NCBI GenBank assembly: GCA_965223415.1
Contig: OZ245002.1
Location: 4,000,001 to 4,064,000, forward strand
Length of the DNA stretch: 64,000 nucleotides
Reading direction: 5' to 3'
From: Myxococcota bacterium
Lineage (GTDB): Bacteria; Myxococcota_A; UBA9160; UBA6930
Shown here: positions 1 through 9,753 of the stretch, one piece after another
How positions within the stretch are numbered: the stretch's first letter is position 1
How the letters are laid out: every line of letters starts with the position of its first letter
Notes under the pieces: model-generated
Database searches by the model: none
Told to the model about the DNA's origin: nothing
Seen by the model: the letters and a program-made list of their open reading frames with translations, nothing else
Translations under genes and position numbers: made by a program

Positions 1-783
1 GCCAGCGACTTCCTGGGCGCCCAATCGGTCGTCGGCACCGAGCCCGTGCTTCTCGCATCGGACTTCCCCGAGCTTGCCGCGCTGCAGGCGGATTGGAAGC
101 GCGTCCGCGAGGAGCTGGATGGCGTGCTGGCCGACCGCGATCGCCTGCCGCCCCTCCGCGAGCTCTCGCCGGACCAGGCGCGTATCGCGACGGACGATCG
201 CTGGCGCTCGTTCCCGCTTCACGGCTTCGGCTACCGCGTCGCCCGCAGCTGCGAGCGTTGCCCGGAGACCGCTCGCCTCGTCGAGGCGATTCCTGGCATG
301 CAGAGCGCCTGGTTCTCGGTAGTCGGCGCTGGCTGCCACGTGCCCTCCCATCGCGGAATCACGCGCGGCATGCTCACCGTTCACCTGGCGCTCCGCGTGC
401 CCGAGCCTCGGGAGCGATGTCGTATCCGGATCGCCGATCGCGATCACCACTGGCGCGAAGGAGAGCTTCTGATCTTCGACGACACGGTTCCCCACGCGGT
501 GTGGAACGACACAGACGGCGATCGGGTCGTCCTGCTGATCGACGTGGATCGCCCGATGCGCTGGCCGGGCGGCGTGTTCCACCGGCTGTTCATGGCCGGA
601 TTCCGCCAGACCGGCTACGTGAAGGACGCCCGGGCGAACTTCGCAGCGTGGGAGCGGAGCTTCTATTCCGAGGCCGGCCCGGAATCCGTCACTGCAAGTA
701 CCTCACGCTATGCGCCGTCGTCGAGCAGCAGCCGAGCCTCGACTGCGTCCGGAGTGTCGAGTCCCTCCGACAGACGCTCGTAG
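1..783 (+). CDS. Aspartyl/asparaginyl beta-hydroxylase-domain (Fe/2OG-type) protein, 5'-truncated by window edge
   Basis: Frame is open from base 1. Motifs seen: SAWFS, 'VPSHRG', 'HLALRVP', 'WREGELLIFDDTVPHAVWN', 'RVVLLIDV'. The tail overlaps the convergent gene by 76 nt. Confidence 0.85.
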   Translation, partial: ASDFLGAQSVVGTEPVLLASDFPELAALQADWKRVREELDGVLADRDRLPPLRELSPDQARIATDDRWRSFPLHGFGYRVARSCERCPETARLVEAIPGMQSAWFSVVGAGCHVPSHRGITRGMLTVHLALRVPEPRERCRIRIADRDHHWREGELLIFDDTVPHAVWNDTDGDRVVLLIDVDRPMRWPGGVFHRLFMAGFRQTGYVKDARANFAAWERSFYSEAGPESVTASTSRYAPSSSSSRASTASGVSSPSDRRS

Positions 784-3700
784 CGCGGGCGCAGCAGCTC
801 TTGCCCTTCGCCGCGCGCGCCGCGACGCTGCAGCACGCGGGCCAGGCTCGAGGCCGAACGAAGCGCCAGCGCCGGCGCGTCCTGGGCCTCCGCCAGCTGG
901 AGCGCCTCGCGCAGCAGGCGCTCGGCCAGGGCGACGTCGGTCGTCTCGCGCAGCTCGGCCTCGATGCGCCGGAGCTCCGGATCCCAGTAGTGCTGCCCCC
1001 TGCGCCGGCCGAGCTGGAGGCCCTGATCCACGGCCTCGAGGGCCGCGTCGACCCTTCCCGCCAGCTCTCTCACCTCGGCGATCATCGCCCACACCATCGG
1101 GCCACCGACGAGCAGACCGGTGGTCCCCAGCAGGGCGGCACCCTGGTCGACCTCGGCGAGGCCTTCTTCGACGCGGCCGCTCGCGGCCGCGGCCCAACCA
1201 CGAGCCACCCGCGTCACCCACTCGATCAGAGGGAAGCGCTGGGTCTGCGCTAGGTCGATAGCCTCGTCGGCCAGGGTCATGCAGGCCGCCGGCTCACGCC
1301 GCAGGAGGTGCACCGTGGCCCCGAAGCCGAGGGCGTAGCCCAGGCTGTAGGGATGGCCGTCGGCGCGACCGAGCTCGAGCGCCCGCTCGCTCCAGCGCTT
1401 GGCCTGATCGGCCTCTCCGAGACACCAGGCGGCGCGCGCACCGAAGACCCGGGTGGCCACCCCCGGGTCCAGCCCGAAGTCGACCGTCAGGTGCGCATGG
1501 CGCTCCGGGTCGTGCAGGGCGACGGCAGAGCCGAATGCCTCCCTGGCGGTGCGCCACGCGCCCATCCAGTAGAACGCCATGCCCCGGGCGAGCAGAGCCT
1601 GAATCATCTGGCCGTCATCGCTGCGCTCGGTGGCGGCCGAGACGAGGTGGCCGCTCAGCTCGAGGGCCGTGTCCAGCTCGCCGCGGCTCTCGAAGAATGC
1701 GCTCGTTCCGCAGAGTGCGCGGAAGACCTGGGGCGCGTCGCCGACCGTTCCGCAGAGCTCACGGGCGCGGGCGTACACCTCGCCGACCTCCGGGCTTGCA
1801 TAGCCCTTGACCGCCACGAGCGGGACGCCCAGATCGACCAGGAGGACCAGCTCCCGGGCGTCACGTTCCGGCGAGGGCGGCAGGCCACGCGTGAGGTCGA
1901 TACCCCGCCGCAGGTGTCCGATGGCCTCCAGGTTCGCCGACCGTGCCACGGCACTGCGCCCGGCCTCCTCGTAGCGGCCGATCGCGGGCTCCGGCAGGCC
2001 TGCTTCCTCGTAGTGGCGGGCGATCACCTCCGGCTCCCCTTGCGCTTGCTCCGGGAACTCCTCCTCGAGGAGACGCGCGATCCGCGCGTGATAGGCCCGG
2101 CGGGTGGAGCGGAGCAGGGACTGGTAGGCGGCGTTCTGGATCAGCGCGTGGCGGAAGCCGTAGCGTCTCGTCCCGGCCCCCCCTTCTTCCTCGATGAGAT
2201 CGGCCTCGATCAGCTGTCCCAACGACGAATCGAGGTCGAGCTCCTCTCGGCGGGTGACCGCGCGCAGCAGCTCTTCCGAGAAGCCGCGGCCGATGACCGC
2301 CGCCACCTGCGCGAGGGTCTTCGCCGGCCCGAGGCGGTCGAGACGCGCGAGGAGCGAGGCATGCAGGGTCGAGGGAATGACGAACTCCCTCGCCGACCCA
2401 CCGCGCCCGTCGGTCCCGGGCACGGCCATGGTCTTCGTCAGCTCCTCGACGAAGAGCGGAACGCCGTCGGTGGTCTCGACCACCCTCTCCTCGACGGCGG
2501 CCGGAAGCGGATGGGCCGCGGCAATGTGCCGGATCATCGACAGGCTCTGCTGCCGAGTGAGGGGAAGGAGGGACAGCCGAGCGATGCTCGAGGAGTCGCC
2601 CAGGGTCAGCGTGCGGCTGGGGCGCGACGTCAGCGCGAGGAGGATCGGATGCTTCGCGATGCGCTCCAGGGCCAGCCCGAGGAGCTCCAGGGTCGAGGGA
2701 TCGGCCCAGTGCAGATCCTCGACGGCCAGCACCAGGGGCTGGCCCTGCGCGCGGGTCAGCAGCCAGGTGATCAGCGCCTCGAGGGTGCGGGCGCGCTCTG
2801 CGTCGGGGCTGAGCGCCGGCGGCTCGGGCTCCCGCTTCTCGGGGAGCGAGAGCAGTCGAGCGAAGAGGGGCAGGGCGTCCGGGTCGATGTCCGCCTCGTC
2901 CAGCTCCCAGCGGAGGCGATCGACGGGTGTCGCGCCGCGACCGCCGGCGTCCTCGCCGATGGCGTCCTGCAGGAGCTCGATGATCGGGTGGAAGGAGGTG
3001 CCGGAGTGGTAGGCGGAGCAGTGGGCCTCCAGCCAGGCGAAGCCACGCCCCAGCGCATGCTCGCGCAGCACCCGTAGCAGGCGGGACTTCCCCATGCCCG
3101 CCTCCGCGGCGATCAGAATCGCCCGCCCGCGCCCGGACAGCACCTGGTCGCAGCGATCGAGCAGGAGATCCACCTCCTGGGTGCGCCCGACGAACGGCGT
3201 GAGATCGCGCTGACCCCCGAGCTTGCGCCGTCCTGGACGCCCGAGCGCCGTTCGGACGCAGAAGGCGGTGACGGGCTCCGCGAGCCCCTTCAGTCGGTGT
3301 TCGCCTCGCTCCTCGATCAGGAAGGCGTCCGCCAGGAGCGCGCGGGTCGTGCCGCTGATCAGGATCTCGCCGGGATGGGCGAGGGTCTCGAGGCGCGCAG
3401 CGACGATCACCGCGTCGCCCATGGCGAGGTTCTCCAGCCGTTCGCCGGCTCCCATTTCGCCCACTACCACGGAGCCAGTGCTGATGGCGACCCGCACCTC
3501 GAGGGGGTGGAGGCCCAGGGCCGGAAGGCGTTCACTCAGGCTGGCGTTCACCGTCGGCAGGATGGCCATCATCCCCAGCGCTGCATCGACCGCACGGATC
3601 GGGTCGTCCTCGTGAGCGACCGGGTAGCCGAAGTAGACGAGGAGGCCATCGCCCAGGTACTGGGCTACGCGTCCGCCGAAGCGCTCGACGACGGGGGCGC

Positions 3701-4007
3701 AGGCGGCTTGGTAGGCGCGCACAGCGGATCGCAGATCCTCCGGGTCCAGCCTCTGGGAGAGCTCGGTCGAGTCCACCAGATCGCAGAACATGGCGGTGAT
3801 GGGCCTCCGCTCGGCGTTGTCCTCGTGGAGGGAGGCCGGGGTCGGCTCTGCGGCCCCGCTGTGAGGCCGGCCGCAGTGAGCGCAGAAGCGGGCACCCCGG
3901 GGAACCGCGGTGCCGCAATGGGTGCACTCGGCGTTCACCGGCGTTCCGCAATGGATGCAGAAGCGCGAGGAGGTCGGAGTGTCGTTGCCGCAATCGGTGC
4001 AGCGCAT
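708..4007 (-). CDS. Double zinc-ribbon + class III adenylate/guanylate cyclase + AAA ATPase + TPR-like protein
   Basis: Four CxxC at the N-terminus. Cyclase motifs 'MFCDLVDST', 'YLGDGLL' and 'AARLE'. P-loop AEAGMGKS, Walker B VEDLHWAD, 'GVPLFVEE' and 'FRHALIQ'. Start set at ATG 4007. Confidence 0.9.
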   Translation of the reverse strand: MRCTDCGNDTPTSSRFCIHCGTPVNAECTHCGTAVPRGARFCAHCGRPHSGAAEPTPASLHEDNAERRPITAMFCDLVDSTELSQRLDPEDLRSAVRAYQAACAPVVERFGGRVAQYLGDGLLVYFGYPVAHEDDPIRAVDAALGMMAILPTVNASLSERLPALGLHPLEVRVAISTGSVVVGEMGAGERLENLAMGDAVIVAARLETLAHPGEILISGTTRALLADAFLIEERGEHRLKGLAEPVTAFCVRTALGRPGRRKLGGQRDLTPFVGRTQEVDLLLDRCDQVLSGRGRAILIAAEAGMGKSRLLRVLREHALGRGFAWLEAHCSAYHSGTSFHPIIELLQDAIGEDAGGRGATPVDRLRWELDEADIDPDALPLFARLLSLPEKREPEPPALSPDAERARTLEALITWLLTRAQGQPLVLAVEDLHWADPSTLELLGLALERIAKHPILLALTSRPSRTLTLGDSSSIARLSLLPLTRQQSLSMIRHIAAAHPLPAAVEERVVETTDGVPLFVEELTKTMAVPGTDGRGGSAREFVIPSTLHASLLARLDRLGPAKTLAQVAAVIGRGFSEELLRAVTRREELDLDSSLGQLIEADLIEEEGGAGTRRYGFRHALIQNAAYQSLLRSTRRAYHARIARLLEEEFPEQAQGEPEVIARHYEEAGLPEPAIGRYEEAGRSAVARSANLEAIGHLRRGIDLTRGLPPSPERDARELVLLVDLGVPLVAVKGYASPEVGEVYARARELCGTVGDAPQVFRALCGTSAFFESRGELDTALELSGHLVSAATERSDDGQMIQALLARGMAFYWMGAWRTAREAFGSAVALHDPERHAHLTVDFGLDPGVATRVFGARAAWCLGEADQAKRWSERALELGRADGHPYSLGYALGFGATVHLLRREPAACMTLADEAIDLAQTQRFPLIEWVTRVARGWAAAASGRVEEGLAEVDQGAALLGTTGLLVGGPMVWAMIAEVRELAGRVDAALEAVDQGLQLGRRRGQHYWDPELRRIEAELRETTDVALAERLLREALQLAEAQDAPALALRSASSLARVLQRRGARGEGQELLRPRYERLSEGLDTPDAVEARLLLDDGA

Positions 4008-4131
4008 GGCGCTTCGGGCTCCCCAGGGAGGATGGGGCAGCGAGGCCGGTCGCGCATCCACTCCATTCGGGGCGGTCCTCTCCCGACGGCGCGGGATATG
4101 CTCTTCGGCCCTGGACGACGGGAGGGGTCTC

Positions 4132-4974
4132 TTGAGCCGTGAGCTCTTCGACCTGTGGAAGCGGCTGCCGCCGGGCCCCAAGCGCTGGCTCCGGCGCAGG
4201 TGGTACGAGGCGATCTCGGCTCTCGATACGGGCCAGCATCTGCTGTTCATGAACCACGGCTTCGCGCCTGCAGATGCAGCGGATTCGCTGGCGCTGTCGG
4301 CCGCTGACGAGCCGCATCGCTTCGCGATCCAGCTCTACGATCGTGTCGCCGATCTCGCTGAGTGGGCGGGGCGCGACGCCCTCGAGGTCGGCTGCGGGCG
4401 CGGCGGTGGAGCGGCGTTCCTGATGCGCACGCGCCGGCCGCGCTCGCTCGTCGCGGTGGATCTCACGGATCGCGCGATCCGCTTCTGCCGCCGCCGTCAC
4501 CGGCTGCCCGGCCTGCGCTTCGAGCGCGCCGATGCCCAGGCGCTGCCGTTCCCCGATGAGCAGTTCGACCTCGTGCTCAACGTCGAGTCGTCCGTCCTCT
4601 ACGAAGATCCGGCCCGCTTCTTCCGTGAGGTGCACCGCGTCCTGCGCCCTGGCGGCCGCTTCCTGTTCGCCGATTCCCGCCGCGCGAGGAAGCTGGCGAC
4701 GCTCCGCACCCAGCTGGCGGCCTCGGGGCTCGCGCCCCTGGAGGAGCACGACATCTCCAAGCAGGTCGTCCACGGGTTGGAGCTCTCGAGCGGGCCGCGC
4801 CGCGAGCTTCTCACCCGGGTCGTGCCGCGACCCCTGCGCGGGCTGTTCCGCCGATTCGCGCACCTGGAAGAAGACGAGCGCGAACGGCGTCTGTTCGAGG
4901 AGGGGCGCAAGATCTATCTCGTCGCCGCGCTGGCCAAGCCCCTGGCCGGCGCGCGGAAAGGAGAGCCCTCATGA
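4132..4974 (+). CDS. Class I SAM-dependent methyltransferase (resembles phthiotriol dimycocerosate methyltransferase family)
   Basis: 'LFMNHGF', 'IQLY', 'LEVGCGRGGG', 'LPFPDEQFDLVLNVESS' and 'RVLRPGG'. TTG start after a GGAGGGG RBS. Confidence 0.8.
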   Translation: MSRELFDLWKRLPPGPKRWLRRRWYEAISALDTGQHLLFMNHGFAPADAADSLALSAADEPHRFAIQLYDRVADLAEWAGRDALEVGCGRGGGAAFLMRTRRPRSLVAVDLTDRAIRFCRRRHRLPGLRFERADAQALPFPDEQFDLVLNVESSVLYEDPARFFREVHRVLRPGGRFLFADSRRARKLATLRTQLAASGLAPLEEHDISKQVVHGLELSSGPRRELLTRVVPRPLRGLFRRFAHLEEDERERRLFEEGRKIYLVAALAKPLAGARKGEPS

Positions 4975-7304
4975 GCCTTCGACGCCCCGGTCTCCCGCAA
5001 GTCCTCCTCCTTGTGGCGGCCGTCGGCTCGACCGGCTGCTCGATGCTGGTGGCAAACCTCCGGCAGGACAGCATCGACGGGAGGATCGGCGAGCGGGTCG
5101 AGAAGCCCGTTCCCGCGCTGCCCGCCTTCGAGGCCGGCGCGGCACGCGTCGACCTGACGCCCATCCCGGGCATTCCCCTGGGCGGCTACTCCGTCGAGGG
5201 CAAGATCAGCCGCGGCTTCTGGGGGCGCCTGTGGGCGCGAGCAATCTACCTGGAGGACGAGGACGAGTTCCCGCTCGTGCTCGTCTCGACCAACCTGATG
5301 ATCATGCCCTACGGCCTCTCGAACCGGGTGACCGAGCTGGTCCAGGAGCACCTCCCCCACGTGGGCCGTGAGAACGTCGTGCTTGCCGCCACCGAAACCC
5401 ATCAGAGCCCGGGCAACTTCTTCAGCGATCCCATGCACAACGCCGTGGGCTCCGCAGAGAGCGGCTTCGACGAGGCCCTGTTCGACTTCCTCGCGATTCG
5501 CATCACCAAGGCCATCGTCGATGCCCACGAGGCGCGACGGCCCGCGCGGGTGCGACTCGGGAATCCCGCCAGCCTGCAGGGCCTCGTTCGGAACCGGAGT
5601 CTGGAGGCATTCATGGTGAATCCGGGAGCCGCGAATCTGATGCAGGGCAGGCCGACCTGCCCAGCCGACCAGTACTTCGACAGCCCGGACGAGTGCCGGG
5701 CCGTCGAGCCGCGTATCGACGTTCTCGAGCTGGTCGAGCGCGACGATCCAACCCAACGGATTGCCCTCGCGGTCTTCCTCGCCACCCACACGACGATTCT
5801 CGACAAGGAGACCGAGGTCTTCGCCGGCGATTTCTTCGAGGCCACTGCGACGTTGCTGGAGACCGACGCCATGCAGGGCGTGGGGCCGTGCCCCGCCCAG
5901 GAGGATGCCTTCCCCGTCGTGGCCCTCTTCAACGGGGCCCAGGGAGACGTGTCCCCGAACTATCACCGCTCTCCGCGCGACCGGGCGCGCGTGCTCCAGC
6001 TCGGCCGGGACGTCGCGGAGCGGGTGTGCACGACCCTCGGGGCGCCGGACCTCACCAACACCGAGATCCGCTTCCGCTACCAGTTCCAAAGCCTGGACCA
6101 CGACCGTTTCCTGGACGAGGCGTTCCCCACGGACGCCCTGATCCCCTACGTCCTGACCGACCCGGATTGCCACTACAACTTCGAGCTTGCGCAGCCGCCG
6201 CCGTCCCGGCCCTGGCGACGCCGCACTGCGCGGGATCCCAAGCCCGGCTTCCCGCAGATGGGCGGCGCCGAGGACGGCTACTCGTTCTTCCACGAGATCG
6301 GCCTGCTCGAAGGCGATCGGGCGTCGAAGCGCCAGCGAAACGAGGCCGGGCACGGCATCAAGAAGTCACGTCTGGACCTCGGTTGGCTCTCGATTCCCAT
6401 CGGCCGGGTGGCGTTGGACTTCCTCAGTCCAGCGGAAGAGGCGCCAGTCGGCGTCTACCGCATCGGTGACCACGCCCTCGTCGGTCTGCCCGGCGAGTTC
6501 ACGACGTCGCTCGGAGGACGTGTTCGCCATCTGGTGAGCCTGGAGGCGGGTCTTCCGCCCGGCGGCCGGGTCATCCTGATCGGCATGGCGAACGGCCATA
6601 CTTCCTACGTGACCACGCCGGAGGAGTACGACGCCCAGCACTACGAAGGTGCGTCGTCGCTCTACGGGCCGGGCATCGGTCACATCTTCGCTCAACGCCT
6701 GGCGTGTCTGGCGAAGAAGACCCTGGAGATCCCGAGGCAGCGCGAGTTCGCCCTCACGTACGACCACGATGTAGGGGAGCCGCGCCGGTTCTCGGTTCCC
6801 AATGTCGGCGGGCCCCCCTACTTCGTCGACGATGGTCTGGCAGCGATCGCGATGGACCCGGCAACCGGCCACGTCCGGCGCGACTACCCGACCTTCTGCT
6901 GGATCGACGACGTTCCGGGGTTGGGAATGGGTGGTCCGGCCTGCGCCCGTACGCTACCGCGCGTCGTCGTGAAGGACGGAGACGTGCCGGTCGCCTCCAA
7001 CGAGGAGCTCGGAATCGTCACCGTGGTCACGGACGTTGGGCTCGACGCGGCCAAGAAGCTCCAGGCCGAGTGGTGCGCGATCTGGCTCGCGGACGATGCG
7101 GATCCTGCGAAGACCTACACCTTCCACGTCGAGCCGGTCGGCGCCGGCCGGACCGTTCCGCCCCATCCGATGAGCCCCACGGGCCTGAGCCAGCGCGCTC
7201 TTGCGCGGCCCCTCTCGCAGCCGCCCGAAGGCGGCCTGCTCTGTGACTGGTTCGGCCATGGCTGCCCGGCCACATGCAGTGCGCCCACGCCAGCGCTGCC
7301 ATGA
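4971..7304 (+). CDS. Neutral/alkaline ceramidase-family lipoprotein
   Basis: Lipobox-like 'GSTGC'. Motifs 'ATETHQSPG', 'NRS', 'GAQGDVSPN', 'PGEFTT' and 'ANGHTSYVTTPEEYDAQHYEGASSLYG'. ATGA overlap with the upstream gene. Confidence 0.8.
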   Translation: MSLRRPGLPQVLLLVAAVGSTGCSMLVANLRQDSIDGRIGERVEKPVPALPAFEAGAARVDLTPIPGIPLGGYSVEGKISRGFWGRLWARAIYLEDEDEFPLVLVSTNLMIMPYGLSNRVTELVQEHLPHVGRENVVLAATETHQSPGNFFSDPMHNAVGSAESGFDEALFDFLAIRITKAIVDAHEARRPARVRLGNPASLQGLVRNRSLEAFMVNPGAANLMQGRPTCPADQYFDSPDECRAVEPRIDVLELVERDDPTQRIALAVFLATHTTILDKETEVFAGDFFEATATLLETDAMQGVGPCPAQEDAFPVVALFNGAQGDVSPNYHRSPRDRARVLQLGRDVAERVCTTLGAPDLTNTEIRFRYQFQSLDHDRFLDEAFPTDALIPYVLTDPDCHYNFELAQPPPSRPWRRRTARDPKPGFPQMGGAEDGYSFFHEIGLLEGDRASKRQRNEAGHGIKKSRLDLGWLSIPIGRVALDFLSPAEEAPVGVYRIGDHALVGLPGEFTTSLGGRVRHLVSLEAGLPPGGRVILIGMANGHTSYVTTPEEYDAQHYEGASSLYGPGIGHIFAQRLACLAKKTLEIPRQREFALTYDHDVGEPRRFSVPNVGGPPYFVDDGLAAIAMDPATGHVRRDYPTFCWIDDVPGLGMGGPACARTLPRVVVKDGDVPVASNEELGIVTVVTDVGLDAAKKLQAEWCAIWLADDADPAKTYTFHVEPVGAGRTVPPHPMSPTGLSQRALARPLSQPPEGGLLCDWFGHGCPATCSAPTPALP

Positions 7305-8623
7305 CTGCCACAGTGACCGTCGGGCCGGTGGTCGGTGCCCTCACCGACCGCACCGCGCGCGTTCTGGCCGAGGTGGATGACGACGTCTCGGTTTCCGTGA
7401 CGCTGACCGACGCGAACGGCCAGGTGACCGGTTCCGGGCCGCTTCCTCTCGAGGCCCACCGTCCCCAGGTGTTCGCATTCGACGGCCTCGCTCCGGGCAC
7501 CGCCTACACCGTCGGCTTCGTCGGCGCCGCCTCGCCCCAGCCCGGCAGCTTCCGCACGCTCGATTCGCAGCCCACGGTGCTGCGGATCGGGGCGGTCAGC
7601 TGCAACAAGCACGGCGCCGCGGCCGCCTGGCAGGCCGTGCGCGCCGAGGTGGAGACGCTCGATCTGCTGGTTCACGCCGGCGACCAGATCTATCCGTCGC
7701 AAGACCTGTTCGACGAGTCGGTGGCGGACTGGGAAACCATGGGATCCGCGGCCGCGCCGGTGATCCGGGAGCGCTACCGGGAGGTCTACCGAAGCAGCTG
7801 GACGCGGCCGGCCACCCGCGACGTGCTCGCCCACGTACCGAACCTGATGATCTGGGACGACCACGAGGTGCGGAACAACTGGGGCACCCGGGAAGAGGAT
7901 CGCGATTCGGCGACCCCCGGCCACCAGGTCGGCCTCCAGGCCCGGGAGGTCTACCGCGCCTACCAGGGGGCGCTCGCCGGGCCGGTGGGCGCGAACGGCG
8001 AGCACGAGGGGCATCTTCACGTGCAGGGCGAGATGGCCGTGCTCTTCCTGGACCTCCACGGCGCTCGGGCCTTCGCGCCGGACCCCGGGTTTCCTATGCT
8101 GGGCGCCGCGCAGCGCGCGGCGGTGGAGGCCGCCTTCGCTGCTGGCGGCGCGCTCGAGCAGGCTCGCGCGCTCGTGGTCGTGAGCAGCCTGCCGCCCGTC
8201 CTGCTCTCCCCCTGGCTGCTGACGGGTCTCGGCCCGCTGGTGGAGAGCATGAAGGGCCAATGGGCCCACGCCCGCCACCGTCCCGAGCAGCGGTGGCTCC
8301 TCGATCTGCTGCGGAGCTGGCAGGCCGACGGCGACCGGGCGGTCCTCCTGCTTTGCGGGGACCTGCACATCGGCGTGCAGCGCACGGAGATCCGCCACGG
8401 TGGCGAGGTCTTCGAGCAGATGATCTCGAGCCCCATCAGCCACGGCTCGGACCTCTTGGAATACCTGCTGGTGACCGCCGCCCTCCGCGCGCATCGATTC
8501 GAGGGGCAGGGCTTGCGGGTTCGCCATAGCGGCTTCCTGCGCGGGACCCACTACGGCATCGCGACGCTCACCGCACAGCCCGGGGCCCCGGCAGCCGTCT
8601 CGGGCGAGCTGGTCCCCACCTAG
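7301..8623 (+). CDS. PhoD-like (alkaline phosphatase D family) metallophosphoesterase
   Basis: 'SCN', 'HAGDQIY', 'IWDDHEV' and 'LCGDLH' motifs. ATGA overlap with the ceramidase. No signal peptide visible. Confidence 0.85.
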   Translation: MTATVTVGPVVGALTDRTARVLAEVDDDVSVSVTLTDANGQVTGSGPLPLEAHRPQVFAFDGLAPGTAYTVGFVGAASPQPGSFRTLDSQPTVLRIGAVSCNKHGAAAAWQAVRAEVETLDLLVHAGDQIYPSQDLFDESVADWETMGSAAAPVIRERYREVYRSSWTRPATRDVLAHVPNLMIWDDHEVRNNWGTREEDRDSATPGHQVGLQAREVYRAYQGALAGPVGANGEHEGHLHVQGEMAVLFLDLHGARAFAPDPGFPMLGAAQRAAVEAAFAAGGALEQARALVVVSSLPPVLLSPWLLTGLGPLVESMKGQWAHARHRPEQRWLLDLLRSWQADGDRAVLLLCGDLHIGVQRTEIRHGGEVFEQMISSPISHGSDLLEYLLVTAALRAHRFEGQGLRVRHSGFLRGTHYGIATLTAQPGAPAAVSGELVPT

Positions 8624-9162
8624 GACCGGGTCGGGTCTTCCGGGTCGCCGGTGCTGTTGCGGCGCTCGATCGCTTCGATCACGCGATCGAGCCGCTCGTT
8701 CATCGCGTCGATGTCGGCGCGCGTCGGCACGTCGAGGAGCTTGACGACCCGCTCCATCGTCCGCTGCACCAGCGCCTCGAAGTCCGGCGGGGAGAAGGGC
8801 CTGCGAGCGCTCTCCTCCTCTTCCTCCTCCTGGCCGAGCATCCGGCGCATGTTGCGCTGGAACTCCTCGACGTTCTCCCGGGCGTCGTCGGCGCCCTTGC
8901 GGAGGGCGTCGTAGAGCGCGTCGCCGCCCTTCTGGAACAGCTCCGAGAGCAGGTTGCCCGGCACCGCACGGCCGCCGCGCTCGGTGTCGACGAGGATCTG
9001 CGAGAGCGTGACCGAGGTGATGTCCTCGCCGGTCTCGTTGTCGATCACCTTGACTTCCTGGTCGTTCTCCAGGAGCTCGGCGATACCCTTCAACGTGATG
9101 TAGCGGCTGGTCTCGGTGTTGTAGAGCTTGCGATTGGCGTACCGCTTGATGAGGACGGCCAT
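8620..9162 (-). CDS. PHA synthesis regulator (PhaR-type) DNA-binding domain protein with phasin-like C-terminal tail
   Basis: 'IKRYANRKLYNTETSRYITL...TGEDITSVTLSQI' matches the PhaR N-terminal domain. C-terminal 'LDVPTRADIDAMNERLD'. Alternative start at 9195. Confidence 0.85.
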   Translation of the reverse strand: MAVLIKRYANRKLYNTETSRYITLKGIAELLENDQEVKVIDNETGEDITSVTLSQILVDTERGGRAVPGNLLSELFQKGGDALYDALRKGADDARENVEEFQRNMRRMLGQEEEEEESARRPFSPPDFEALVQRTMERVVKLLDVPTRADIDAMNERLDRVIEAIERRNSTGDPEDPTRS

Positions 9163-9261
9163 GGGCTGCTCTGCTCGGCGACGGGGTTCGGACATGGTCC
9201 CCCGGGGTCGGAAGGGGCCGGACGTTAGCAGACGGCCCTGGCCTGTCACCTGCGCCGCGGC

Positions 9262-9753
9262 TCAGCCCTCCACAGCGATCCGCTGCACCTGCGGCGGTGC
9301 CTCCTTCGGCGGCTCGGCCTCCCCGGCGGCGGGGGAGGGTGCTTCCTCCCCCTCCGAGGTGCGCACACCGAGCTCCCACAGCAGCTCCCGGACCCCGAGG
9401 AAGGCACGCAGCACCGAACGGGCCTCGGGCTCCTGCCGGCTGCGCGCCTCCCATCGGCCGATCTCGGCGTCGAGGGCCTCTGCCACGGTTCGCAGCAGGG
9501 CGGCTCCGTCCTTGACGGCGTCCGGCTCGACCCAGCGGCGGAGCGCCGTGAGGCCCTCGCCCAGGCCGGCCGCCGGTGTCTCGGCGGCGACCTGGCCGGT
9601 GGCGGCGAGGGTGGCCGCGTCCAGCAGGGCCGCGAGGGCGGCAGCGCTCTCGGCGGCCGCACGCTGGGCGTGGCTGCGGGCGCGGCGGAGGGCCTCCTGG
9701 GCGTCGGCCGGCGGCTCTTCCGGCGGGATTCCCGCGGCTTCGTCGTCGCTCAT
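9262..9753 (-). CDS. Hypothetical alpha-helical protein
   Basis: ATGA coupling to the upstream ATPase. Ends '...VQRIAVEG'. Confidence 0.7.
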   Translation of the reverse strand: MSDDEAAGIPPEEPPADAQEALRRARSHAQRAAAESAAALAALLDAATLAATGQVAAETPAAGLGEGLTALRRWVEPDAVKDGAALLRTVAEALDAEIGRWEARSRQEPEARSVLRAFLGVRELLWELGVRTSEGEEAPSPAAGEAEPPKEAPPQVQRIAVEG

